Source: Patescibacteria group bacterium (GTDB lineage Bacteria; Patescibacteriota; Microgenomatia; UBA1400; PJMF01). From it: a stretch of 56,483 nucleotides of DNA. This document shows, in pieces, positions 39,800 through 50,076 of the stretch. The position numbers and the translations under genes were made by a program. The notes beneath the pieces are model-generated. The model was not told the DNA's origin, did no database searches, and saw only the letters and a list, made by a program, of their open reading frames with translations. The stretch lies in the NCBI GenBank assembly GCA_023382875.1, contig JAHDXH010000005.1, forward strand, positions 1-56,483, written 5' to 3'. The number at the start of each line of letters is the position of its first letter. Positions within the stretch are counted from its first letter, which is position 1.

Positions 39800-42412
39800 T
39801 TAGTTTTCAAAAAACATTGAGCAAAATTCTTTAACATTGGGCGTATCATCCAACATTTCTGGTCTTGCATTATATTCACTACATTCCCAAGCCAAGGATT
39901 CGACGGTTGAATCACGATAGCTGTCACCAACAGGGTTATCTTCAGTATAAAGAACAATCCCATCTAATTCTGCCACACCAATATACGCTTCCAAAATAGT
40001 GCAACTATTACCAGATGGACAGTATTCAGATTCAATCACCAAGCTATCTGCCGCATGAATCATTTCATGAGTTAAAACTGATTCACCAGAAAAAAGGAGA
40101 GATTCATCAGAAATAGCAATTTGACCCTCACCCCATGCACAACCACCCGTAATTGTGTTAGCTGGATCATCGGCAGTATCACAAATATCTTGTTGAGATG
40201 CAGCTGAATATAAATAGACATCAACATCAATTTGAGAGAATAGATCACTGTTTAGTGTGTTCAATTGTTCTTGAACCAATAAAATTTGAGCACTATTAAC
40301 TCCGCCAGCATAATCAAACTCAATATTAATATTTTGATGATCTTGTTCAATTTCGCTGACCAAAGCTATGTTTTCCAAATCTGCATTGGAACTAACCACA
40401 GGATAATCGTAACTCAAATATACAGTGTTCCAACTTCCAGAAGGCAGACACTCATAATGCAAGCCGTCACTGCCGACAATTACATCTCCACTGTTAACAG
40501 TGATTGAATTACCTTCTGCATTTTTACCGTTACATGTGGAACTTGAACCAGAAAAATCAGGTGCACCACTCACCACATTGTATCCACAGTATTGACCTTC
40601 AATACAAGCCAAAGTTCCCGTAGCCACAGCATTTTGATAAGTATTATTAGCTCCAATTAAGTTTGATAAATAGTCACAAGAAGATCCGCCAGTCATCTGA
40701 GCATTCGGACCCTCGCAATATTCTTGATATATCTCATTAGCTTGTTCGCTATTCGTAAGAATATTTGCAGATGCTTCATTGGTTGTTGTCGTGTTGGTTT
40801 GAACCATATTTTCAATAGTGGTCCACTTTTTTATATAAGCTTGTTCTGCTGCCACGTCATCAATAGCTGCCTGCAAATTTTGACAACTGGAAACAGAAGT
40901 GTAATTAGCACCACCGCCAACACAAAGCCTTTGGTAATTTTCTCTCGCAACCTCAAGCCTTATATTTCCACTATTTAAACCCTCTGTAATTGTATTTACA
41001 GTTGAAGTATTGCTGGCAACTCTTTCGTTCAGGGCATTCCAACCCGCAGCAGATGAAGTTTTTTCCTCGTTAATAGCTGCCTGCAAATTTTGACAAGCAG
41101 AGGAAGAGGTTTTCTGTGCAGCTGCTCCGACGCAGTATTGATCATATGAAATTTGAGCTGCCTCAACATCCATGACACCCGAATTAATCGCATTGACTGC
41201 ATAATTAACGCTATTAGTATTTGTCACTACAGTGTCATTAATTGCTGTCCACTTGGCAGTTTCTGCTTGGTTAACTAAAGCCTCAATCTCGTCCAACTCA
41301 GATTTTAAGGAATTACAAGCCGATGAGGAAGTTTGCTGAGCTTTGGCTCCCTGGCAGTATTCACGATAAACTGAACGAGCTTCGTTGAAATCCATGGTTC
41401 TTTCGTCTAGGCCACCTATGGCATAACTCACTTGCTCAGTATTATTAGTAACAGCGTCATTAATTGCTGTCCACTTGGCAGTTTCTGCTTGGTTAACTAA
41501 AGCCTCAATCTCGTCCAACTCAGATTTTAAGGAATTACAAGCCGATGAGGAAGTTTGCTGAGCTTTGGCTCCCTGGCAGTATTCACGATAAACTGAACGA
41601 GCTTCGTTGAAATCAACGCTTCGATCGTTCAATCCACCAAGTGCTGAATTTACTGCGCCGGTATTACCAACGACAGTGTCATTAAGTGCTGTATAGCGAA
41701 TATCTTGTTCCATGTTGGTTAACTTATTGCTCAAAGATTTACATCGATCAGTGTCAGTTGAATCGACATTGCTTCTACAGTATTGGTCATAAACAGCTCT
41801 AGCATCTTCATATTCAGCGTCACCTTCAGCTACATCTTTTAAGGTTGCGACTAACGCTAATGATGAAGTGTCATTTGGATCTGTAATCCCGTCATCAGGG
41901 TGGCTCCACAAACCATCTACACACTGCTGACGAATACCGCCGCGATTATCATATGCTCCTGCCGCGACCTCGGTCCCATCCCAATTACGACAGCCTCGTT
42001 GTGGCTTGTTGGCATTTTGCTCGGCAATAATTTGACTTGGATCAACATTGCCATCATCAGGAAGCGTCCATAATCCACCAACACACTGCTGACGAATACC
42101 GCCGCGATTATCATAAGAGCCCTCAGTAGCAGCCTCTCCATTCCAATAAGTACAACCTGAAGCTTGTTGGCGTACGTCCTGCTGCATTTGCGATAAAACC
42201 ATTGCCGAAACACCACCAACGAGTAGTAAGGCAAAAATAATCACACTAATCAAAAGTTTTAAGGATAAACGCCTTTTTGGTTTAAGAGTAAAGGAGGAAT
42301 TGCTAACCATAGTAGGGGAGGCTAATTTTGCCTGATTTCGGCTTTGCCACACTTGCTCGTTCTTTTTTTTGAACAAGCTGTTCACATTGGAAAAATGAAC
42401 AAAATTCGCCAT
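39800..42412 (-). CDS. membrane-anchored repeat protein with C-terminal HExxH (zincin-like) domain
   Basis: N-terminal TM, two 54-aa Cys repeats, several 70-74-aa Cys-pair repeats, LTHEMIHA. Confidence 0.8.
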   Translation of the reverse strand: MANFVHFSNVNSLFKKKNEQVWQSRNQAKLASPTMVSNSSFTLKPKRRLSLKLLISVIIFALLLVGGVSAMVLSQMQQDVRQQASGCTYWNGEAATEGSYDNRGGIRQQCVGGLWTLPDDGNVDPSQIIAEQNANKPQRGCRNWDGTEVAAGAYDNRGGIRQQCVDGLWSHPDDGITDPNDTSSLALVATLKDVAEGDAEYEDARAVYDQYCRSNVDSTDTDRCKSLSNKLTNMEQDIRYTALNDTVVGNTGAVNSALGGLNDRSVDFNEARSVYREYCQGAKAQQTSSSACNSLKSELDEIEALVNQAETAKWTAINDAVTNNTEQVSYAIGGLDERTMDFNEARSVYREYCQGAKAQQTSSSACNSLKSELDEIEALVNQAETAKWTAINDTVVTNTNSVNYAVNAINSGVMDVEAAQISYDQYCVGAAAQKTSSSACQNLQAAINEEKTSSAAGWNALNERVASNTSTVNTITEGLNSGNIRLEVARENYQRLCVGGGANYTSVSSCQNLQAAIDDVAAEQAYIKKWTTIENMVQTNTTTTNEASANILTNSEQANEIYQEYCEGPNAQMTGGSSCDYLSNLIGANNTYQNAVATGTLACIEGQYCGYNVVSGAPDFSGSSSTCNGKNAEGNSITVNSGDVIVGSDGLHYECLPSGSWNTVYLSYDYPVVSSNADLENIALVSEIEQDHQNINIEFDYAGGVNSAQILLVQEQLNTLNSDLFSQIDVDVYLYSAASQQDICDTADDPANTITGGCAWGEGQIAISDESLLFSGESVLTHEMIHAADSLVIESEYCPSGNSCTILEAYIGVAELDGIVLYTEDNPVGDSYRDSTVESLAWECSEYNARPEMLDDTPNVKEFCSMFFEN
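41234..41614. repeat. 159-bp perfect intragenic direct repeat (41234-41392 / 41456-41614)
   Basis: identical copies 222 bp (74 codons) apart. Confidence 0.9.
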
Positions 42413-42439
42413 AGATACTAATCAGTATAATTCAGATAT
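42318..42439 (-). repeat. duplicated promoter plus N-terminus (second copy at 46092-46213)
   Basis: 122 bp with 5 mismatches, all synonymous. Confidence 0.9.
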
Positions 42440-42476
42440 TGCTTTCAGCACAACAACGGCAAAATAGGAAAAAATA

Positions 42477-45400
42477 TTAAGGACTTACCACCCAAACCAC
42501 CTGATAGCCAGTTTCTGGATTTTCCACCAAATCTGAATTAACTTCAAGAGGAGCGGTGGCTAAAATTACACCTCCAGAACTCTCCATATTTCTAATTTCT
42601 TCATCACTCAAAATGGTTACATTAATGTTTGAATCTGGTGGAACACCCGCTAATGTTGATTGAAGATCGTCATTAACTTCAATATTAAGATTTAGTGAGG
42701 TATCGCTACTAGAATTGGTTGGGTTAGAAATCAGTTGATAAAAGTCCAATCTGTTTGGCAACGGCAGAGTGAAGTTAAAGTCATCTTGCTGTACATTTAT
42801 TCCCATCATCTGACTTTGTGGTAAATCACTCGAATTACCATTCAAAGGTATATTTTCGTTTAATCTCGCTTGCTCGTTTGATAAAGAAACATCAAATGAT
42901 GCATCGGCAAAATTATCATAATCATAACTTCTAACTACCTGCCCGAAACTAACCATGCGATCAGGGGTTAAATTTTCACCACTTTCACTCCTTACTGTAA
43001 TATTGTAATTATAATTACTTGGTTTATAAAAGTTCCCTTCCTGCATGGTGCTCGTAATACCCTGAGCATTAGAAATGGCAACTTCAAAAGCTGACACATT
43101 TGTCAAACCAGCTGATGGATTATTCATAATGTCATCACCCCCAAAATTAGACGAACTCAGATTATTCCAACCAGATAAATATGTTGATGCGGGCACAACA
43201 TCACCACTTGAATTCATAACCACACTATCGTCAGTAATAAACGTTTCGTAATAATCACTTGGACCCAAGACATGAAGTTCTTCATGAATCAAGCCTGTGG
43301 CAACGGGCACGTTGTAAACCGAGTTACCAATATTAACGGGCTGAACTGTTAAGCCATTGACCATGGGGTCATTATCAAAGAAAAGCCAGTTCATATTTGG
43401 AGGCCAAGGGACTTCTTCACCACCAATCACCGCAGTTGGAATATTGGCTATACCAGACTTTGGTTGATGAAGAATTTGCTGATTAATTAGCTTGTCAGGA
43501 ACAACCACAATTCTAAGATTAATCGTAGATGGGACCAAAATTCCCCTTGCTCTAGCATCCTCCAGATTTTGAGTCATTGGATAAACATAAGTTAAATATT
43601 CCAAACCTACCAAAGACATATTTTCCAGACCATCGGAACAGGTACTACATTGTATTTGAACTCCATTTCTGTAGTCACTTTCACTCACCACAATTACACC
43701 ATTAAAATAATTGGCATTCATACCATCTCTTGCTTCGTTATATGCAGCAATAAACTCTGGATCATCAAAGTTATGACCTCCTGCTCTGTAATTTTCCTGC
43801 CATTGAGCATAAAGTTCTGGATTTGATTGCCACAACTCTGCAGCTACTTCTTCCCATGTATCAGCCTCAATTACAGTAGTATTTTCTCTAGCAATTTCAT
43901 CAAATTCCTCCAAACTATCTGCGCTCGCAAATGAATCATTCAAGCTAATTACTGAATCATTATTTCTAAGCTCTTCCACATTACTTGATCCATCAAGTAA
44001 TGGCCTAACCCAATTAGTTGGATTAATCACCAAATTTGTATTGTTATCATTATTTCCAAATAGATCTATACCAAAAGCTGAACCAACCTTGTCCAAAAAA
44101 GTCACCACCAAATTTTCTTTAGGTTGGTGTTTTTCCAATTCAGCATTTAAATTAGCGCACAAAACTGGAGATACTACAGCTCCAGTACAATATTGGTTGT
44201 AAGTATTTTGTGCTTCATCCAGAGTAATATCGCCACGGCTCAATAAAGATTGAGCAATTAAAACATCTCGGTTATTCATTCCAATTACCGTAGTTGGATT
44301 AACAATTTCATTGATTGGCTGAAGGACGTTATTAACAACGGTTTTACCAAGATTAATAATAAGCGCTAGGGGATTATCAGATGGATTTAAGACATATACA
44401 CCATCTTCCATTGAGCAACTATCAACCGCCGAGCTTTGTTGAGAAGCTTTATAGCAGTCAGCTAGTGTTTTATAACCGCCACCTTGACCTGCTGTGCGGT
44501 TGCATATAGATGATGACGCTTGTTCGACCGTTTGATCATCACAAGGATCTTCGAAAACCCTACCTCCATCGCCATCGTTAGCAATCTGCTCCTCTACAAC
44601 TTCGATTCGAGCTGATAAGCGACTACACATGGATGTAGATGTTTGTTGAGCTGTTGAACCAACACAGTAATCATCATAAACCCTTTGCGCATTTTCCAAG
44701 CTGCTAGACTCATCGCTAATTTGTGTAATGGCAGAACTAACCACACTGTTATTAACAGCCACAGCTTCTTCCAAAGCTTGCCAACGAACACGATTAGCTT
44801 CGTCACGCATTGCCTGAGTCAAACTTTCACAAGCACTGGTGGACGTGGTTCCATAATTAGCGCCAGCTGTTTCTGGGTTGCAGTAAGAATTGTAAACATC
44901 ATTGGCTTGAGCGTAGTCAAGATTTGATTGACCTAAAGCCATAGTTGTTTGAGAAACTTCATTAGTATTGGCATTTACCTTATCTTCCAAAGCTTGCCAA
45001 CGAACACGATTAGCTTCGTCACGCATTGCTGATTCCAAAGAATTACAGGCAGATGTAGAAGTATAGTTATAATTTGAACCTGCAGTTGATTGATTACAAA
45101 AACTATTAAAGGTTGCGCTGGCTGCAGCATAATCAATGCTCTGACCCTGCAAGCCGGTGACAGCTGCTGTCACAGCGTTCGTATTACCACTAACCTTTTC
45201 ATCCATAGCTTGCCAACGCATTTCATTTGCTTCCTCACGCAAAGAACTATCTAAAGAGCTACAAACAGATTTGTACTCATCCAACGGATTTTCACGACAG
45301 TGCTCATTGTAAACAGCTGAAGCTTGAGAATAATAATCCTTCCTTCATCCAATCCACCAATGGCTCTAGAAATTTCGTCGCGACCTTCTTGAACTGGATT

Positions 45401-46186
45401 AGACCACAATCCACCTTCGCAATGGCCAGATCCAGATGGACCTTCAACATCGCAAACCCATCGACCTTCATTATTACAATTACTACCCTCAACATATTTT
45501 CCGCACTGTCTGGTGCCGATATTGGCACTACAGGTAGGATCACAGCGACCATTTGTACACATCATTAGCCCTTCGCAACATTTTTCACCCACACCTGGTC
45601 TTGTGCCATTACCACCACAGCCAGTCACAGCGCATTCTTGGTCAATCCAGCGATTGCAAGTTTGAGTTGCTTTGCGGCAACCCGCAATACACCCACCGCA
45701 ATAAATCTCATCGCCCGCGCAGGCAGAGCCACCCCCACCAGAGGATGAGGAATTTTGTGCTCCAATTCCAGTAGTCCCACTATTAGTTAAATTATTAGTT
45801 GAACTATCTGCAGTATTGTTGGTGCCTGGATTTGACCAATAACCATTTTTACAAACTTGAATCACACCACCTCGATTATCTGATGCACCTTCAACCGCAG
45901 GCTCACCATTCCAATAAGTACATCCTGTAGCGCGCTGCCTAACATCTTGCTGAATCTGAGACAAAACCATAGCCGAGGCACCTCCGACCAACAAAAGAAC
46001 AAAAACAATGATGCCCATTAAAACTCTTAATGAGAAACGCTTTTTGGGCTTGATTAATGACAAAGGAACGGAGTTATCGGATAAAGTTGGCGAGGCTAAT
46101 TTTGCCTGATTGCGGCTCTGCCACACTTGCTCGTTCTTTTTTTTGAACAAGCTGTTCACGTTAGAAAAATGAACAAAATTAGCCAT
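42477..46186 (-). pseudogene. paralogous membrane-anchored repeat/zincin protein split by a 1-nt frameshift near 45333
   Basis: ORFs 45251..46186 and 42477..45284 join into one protein if one base is restored (GGLDEGRI[D]YSQASAVYNEHC); C-terminal LIHEELHVLGPSDYY. Confidence 0.7.
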
Positions 46187-46250
46187 AGATACTAATCAGT
46201 ATAATTCAGATATAATTCACCCTGCAATACTAGTTCCTAAAAAGGGTGAT

Positions 46251-47177
46251 ATGTATAAAGTAATTCTCCGCCACGAGCAAAATGAACCAATCCAACTTTT
46301 GAATGATTTTGTCCCTGATAGTTGGATTCACATGGAGGAACCCTCACTCAAAGAAATTGATACTTTAGTTGATCAATTTGAACTAGACCCATGGATTGTG
46401 GCTGATGCTCTCGACCTTTTTGAACTTCCTAGAATTGAAAAAGACGAAGACAAACTTTATTACTTTGCCCGTTATCCCATTTACACCCCAGAACTTGACC
46501 AAATCGGCACCGCACCGCTTTTGATCGTGATCGGGAAAAATTTCTTCATTACCATTTGTCCCAAGAAATTTGCCAATGTTTCCTTATTTGAAAAAGGAAA
46601 AATTGACTTTCAAACCAGCCAAAAAGCCAATTTGCTTGGCGAAATTCTTTCCACTATCGATGATGAATATGAAAGCTTGATTAAAAAACTCTCCAAGCAA
46701 ATCAAACAACAAGCTTCAAATTTTGAGAAAATCACCAACAAAAAAATTACCCAGTTCGTCAACTTTGAAAACGTCTTAGATGATTTGCTTTTTAGTCTCT
46801 ATCCAACTTCGATTACTTTGGGTCGCTTACTCAAAGGTCGCTTCATGAAATTGGGTGAAGAGGAAGAAGAACTCATTGAAGACTTGATCCAAAACAACGA
46901 ACAGTTAACTAAAATGTGTGAAAGTAATAGCAAAAGAGTGATTAATACGAGAGAAGCTTATGCCAATATTTTGTCCAACAACTTGAACAAAATTATGAAG
47001 CTTTTAACGGCCGTAACAGTTATTTTGACCATTCCTACTATGGTGTCAGGAATCTTTGGCATGAACGTCGCCATTCCTTTGTCTGACCATCCGCTGGGGT
47101 TCTGGATCATTATTGTTTCCACCGCTTTCTCAGCAATTGGGCTCTTCTTCTTCTTTTTACGACAAGATTGGATATAA
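46251..47177 (+). CDS. corA: CorA family Mg2+ transporter
   Basis: ELPRIE, LNKIMKLLT, GIFGMNV signature, two C-terminal TMs. Confidence 0.92.
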   Translation: MYKVILRHEQNEPIQLLNDFVPDSWIHMEEPSLKEIDTLVDQFELDPWIVADALDLFELPRIEKDEDKLYYFARYPIYTPELDQIGTAPLLIVIGKNFFITICPKKFANVSLFEKGKIDFQTSQKANLLGEILSTIDDEYESLIKKLSKQIKQQASNFEKITNKKITQFVNFENVLDDLLFSLYPTSITLGRLLKGRFMKLGEEEEELIEDLIQNNEQLTKMCESNSKRVINTREAYANILSNNLNKIMKLLTAVTVILTIPTMVSGIFGMNVAIPLSDHPLGFWIIIVSTAFSAIGLFFFFLRQDWI

Positions 47178-47188
47178 TCGTTTCACGC

Positions 47189-47265
47189 GCCGCGGTACCA
47201 GAGTGGTCCAATGGACAGGTCTGCAAAACCTCGTTTCGCGGGTTCGAATCCCGCCCGTGGCTCCA
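47189..47265 (+). tRNA. tRNA-Cys(GCA)
   Basis: GCCGCGG/CCGTGGC acceptor, AGGT-CTGCAAA-ACCT, U discriminator plus CCA. Confidence 0.92.
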
Positions 47266-47282
47266 TGTTATAATCTCCTCCT

Positions 47283-48266
47283 ATGTCGACAACAAAAGAA
47301 CCCAAAAAAACCTCTAAAAAGGCAGAAGCTCCTGAGCTTCTTATTGCCAACACTGAAATTAAAATTACTATCCCAATCGCTACCGCCAAAGAAGCTTATA
47401 AAAAAGCTTTGGCCAAATTAGCTCCCAAAGTCAAAACCGCTGGTTTTAGACAAGGCAAAGTTCCTACCCACATTGCTGAAGAATCAATTGGCCAAATCAA
47501 TATTATCGACCAAGCTTTGCAAGATTTAGTTCCAGATCTATACATCGAAGAAATCAAAAAATCAGGAAAAACTCCATTAACTAACCCAGACATTAAACCA
47601 ATCAAGCTCAATATGAACGAAGATTGGGAATTAGTGGCTGAGATCGCGGAAAAACCAGTTTTCAAGCTCGGTGATTACCAAAAAATCGTTAAGAGTGCCA
47701 AAAAAGACGCTGTTAAAGAAATCGAAGTAGAAGAAACCAAAGTTCATGATCACTCTCACGAACATGATGGCCACGACCATCCAGTGGAAAAACCAACCAA
47801 AGGTCATGAAGGCAAACACACTCACAAATTAACTGACAAGCAAAAAGAAGATTTGACCTTGAGTGTCATCTTCAAAAAATTGGTTTCAGAAATCAAGCCT
47901 CAAATTCAAGAACTTTTCCTTAGAGAAAAAGTCCGTGCCGAACTTAGAAGACTCGAGCAAGATCTAAAACAAGTTGGCATGACCCTCGATGATTATTTGG
48001 CCAAGCAACAAGTGACTTTCGAACAATTCTCTCAACAACTAGCTGTCATGCACCTTGGACAAGTTCAACTCGAATTCATTCTTCAAGAAATCATTACTGA
48101 AGAAAAATTGAGTGCCACTCCAGAAGAAATCTCAGCTAAAATCAAAGATATCACTGATAAGTTAGACAAAAAAGCTTTGCAAGACTTTGATGAAAAACAA
48201 TATCATCCTTACTTCGTGACTGTAATTGAACGAGATAAGGTAATTGATTTTTTACTCAAGTTGTAA
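47283..48266 (+). CDS. tig: trigger factor lacking the PPIase domain
   Basis: GFRQGKVP ribosome-binding loop and C-terminal chaperone domain joined by a His-rich linker. Confidence 0.88.
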   Translation: MSTTKEPKKTSKKAEAPELLIANTEIKITIPIATAKEAYKKALAKLAPKVKTAGFRQGKVPTHIAEESIGQINIIDQALQDLVPDLYIEEIKKSGKTPLTNPDIKPIKLNMNEDWELVAEIAEKPVFKLGDYQKIVKSAKKDAVKEIEVEETKVHDHSHEHDGHDHPVEKPTKGHEGKHTHKLTDKQKEDLTLSVIFKKLVSEIKPQIQELFLREKVRAELRRLEQDLKQVGMTLDDYLAKQQVTFEQFSQQLAVMHLGQVQLEFILQEIITEEKLSATPEEISAKIKDITDKLDKKALQDFDEKQYHPYFVTVIERDKVIDFLLKL

Positions 48267-48267
48267 T

Positions 48268-48296
48268 TTGACAATCTGGCGCAAATGTCCTATAAT
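48268..48296 (+). promoter_or_regulatory. consensus sigma70 promoter
   Basis: TTGACA-17 nt-TATAAT upstream of ATG 48321. Confidence 0.8.
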
Positions 48297-48320
48297 TCGC
48301 TAACTTTTAGTGATTAATTT

Positions 48321-49010
48321 ATGGATCCATTTGCTAAAGCACTCCAGTCGCAAAGCAAAGCTCGAACCGGTTACAAAGCTCCCACTCTGTCACCAGAACT
48401 CGAGAAAAATTTTAATTCCCAAAACTTGCCTCAAAACAGTGGTTTAAATCCATTTAGTGAAGCCTTAGCTCGCACTGGTGGTAAATCCGTCGCTGATTTT
48501 GGCAATTTTAATCAAAACATGTCTGAACAAGACATGGAACGCCAGCAAGAAGAACTTCTTAAAAAACAAAAAAAAGAAGCTTTACGCCAAAAACTTCACA
48601 AAGAAATCAACCCCGTTGATCTTTCTGAACTTTATTCAGCAGGGGAGAGACGTACTAAAAAACAACTCGAGGAAGTCAGAAAAGAACTTCGCATGTTTGC
48701 TCTTGAAGTAACCAAACTTTATAAAGAGGTTGATGTAGCTTTGTTCCAAGAAGTGGTTAATCCAGGTCAAACTGGTGTTGGTTTACGCGCTTACTTTGAC
48801 AAATTAAGAGAATTTATTAAACTTTTAAGACAAAAAGTTCATTCCGCTCGAACTTGGCTCAATGTTCAATCGAACAAATCCAAGAAAAAACGTGCCGCCA
48901 AAGGTAACAATCGCACTGGTATTGAAATTAGTGGTCAAAGCCACGAGCAGACTAAAGCTGTTTTTGACCAGATGCACCACGAGCAATCATCGTCTTATAC
49001 AGGTGGCTAA
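48321..49010 (+). CDS. DUF5660-like CPR protein
   Basis: coiled coil then PG..G....YFD.L..FI..L..KV.SA.TWL...KKK pattern (recognised from memory, not searched). Confidence 0.6.
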   Translation: MDPFAKALQSQSKARTGYKAPTLSPELEKNFNSQNLPQNSGLNPFSEALARTGGKSVADFGNFNQNMSEQDMERQQEELLKKQKKEALRQKLHKEINPVDLSELYSAGERRTKKQLEEVRKELRMFALEVTKLYKEVDVALFQEVVNPGQTGVGLRAYFDKLREFIKLLRQKVHSARTWLNVQSNKSKKKRAAKGNNRTGIEISGQSHEQTKAVFDQMHHEQSSSYTGG

Positions 49011-49019
49011 AATAATCAA

Positions 49020-49094
49020 AAAATATTTAGTCTTTTGAGATTGATCTACGATGAAGGATTGAGTCTGAATCAATCGAAAAAGAGAAAATATTTT
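49020..49094 (+). repeat. GA-mismatch hairpin element, copy C
   Basis: TCTTTT-GA-GATTGAT...GAT-GAAGGATTGA-GTC...ATCAATC-GA-AAAAGA. Confidence 0.8.
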
Positions 49095-49866
49095 ATTGTT
49101 TGATTTTACTCAACTTTATAAAACGATTTTGCCCGAATTCATCTCTAAAAAGCTCCATTTGCCAATCTTTTCTATATTGACTGAAGTCTAAAAGAGAGTG
49201 AGTGTGATCGATTTCCAAAAATACATCGCCATCATCGGCAAGGTATTCACTAACCTGATCGAGCAAACGATAAATCAAACTTAACCCCTCTGGACCACCC
49301 TTAAGGGCCAAATGCGGCTCAAAGTCTTTGACACTGGAGTCCAAATGATCAACACGTTCACTAGGAATATAGGGGAGATTGGCAACAATCACATCGAATT
49401 TCTCTTTAGGATAATCATTGAGTAAATCAGAGGTGAGAAAATGAAACTTAGACAAATCTTCCTCCCCAAGCAAGTTTTCACCATTTTGTCGAGCGACTTC
49501 CACCGCTTCCTTTGAATAATCCGACAAATAAAACTCAAAATCTGGTTTTAGCTTGGTCAAAACAAAGCCAAGACTCAAGCCAATTGCACCAGAACCGCAG
49601 CCAACATCAGCCAATTTAAGATTTGATTTGGATAATTTTTTTTCTCTAATTGTTGTCAAAACCAAATCGACCAACTCTTCTGTTTCTACTCGAGGAATTA
49701 AGACATTTTCATTAACGACAAAAACATGACCAAAAAACTCCGCTTTACCGGTCACGTACTCGACAGGTTGTTCACCAATTTCACTCCATTTATCTTGTGG
49801 GTATGAAAAACGTGCCAAGTGAGTTTGTTCGCGTGGTGAGAGTCGACGGCTGGGGTTTTTTGTCAT
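49093..49866 (-). CDS. prmC: release factor glutamine methyltransferase
   Basis: PVEYVTG, VLIPRVETEELV, DVGCGSG, ANLPY, EP.LAL.GG. Confidence 0.92.
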   Translation of the reverse strand: MTKNPSRRLSPREQTHLARFSYPQDKWSEIGEQPVEYVTGKAEFFGHVFVVNENVLIPRVETEELVDLVLTTIREKKLSKSNLKLADVGCGSGAIGLSLGFVLTKLKPDFEFYLSDYSKEAVEVARQNGENLLGEEDLSKFHFLTSDLLNDYPKEKFDVIVANLPYIPSERVDHLDSSVKDFEPHLALKGGPEGLSLIYRLLDQVSEYLADDGDVFLEIDHTHSLLDFSQYRKDWQMELFRDEFGQNRFIKLSKIKQ

Positions 49867-49888
49867 AAAATCCGTGAAGAACGGAATG

Positions 49889-49965
49889 TGGTGAACCTAA
49901 GAGGACTCGAACCTCTGACCTCTTCAATGTCAATGAAGCGCTCTAACCAACTGAGCTATAGGTTC
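49889..49965 (-). tRNA. tRNA-Val(GAC)
   Basis: GAACCTA/TAGGTTC acceptor, CTTCA-TTGACAT-TGAAG, CCA end. Confidence 0.95.
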
Positions 49966-50076
49966 ATGAACAGAAAGCTATTATACTAGGTCAAACTCCT
50001 AAATACAAACTTCAATTTACCTGATATAATAGTCCTTCGTTATTAAAGTATAAATTAGAAAAATAATAACAACTTT

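Noticed and set aside
41234-41614. repeat pair as a diversity-generating retroelement TR/VR
   Set aside because: The copies are identical (no adenine-specific differences), both are in frame within one gene, and no reverse transcriptase is present in the window.
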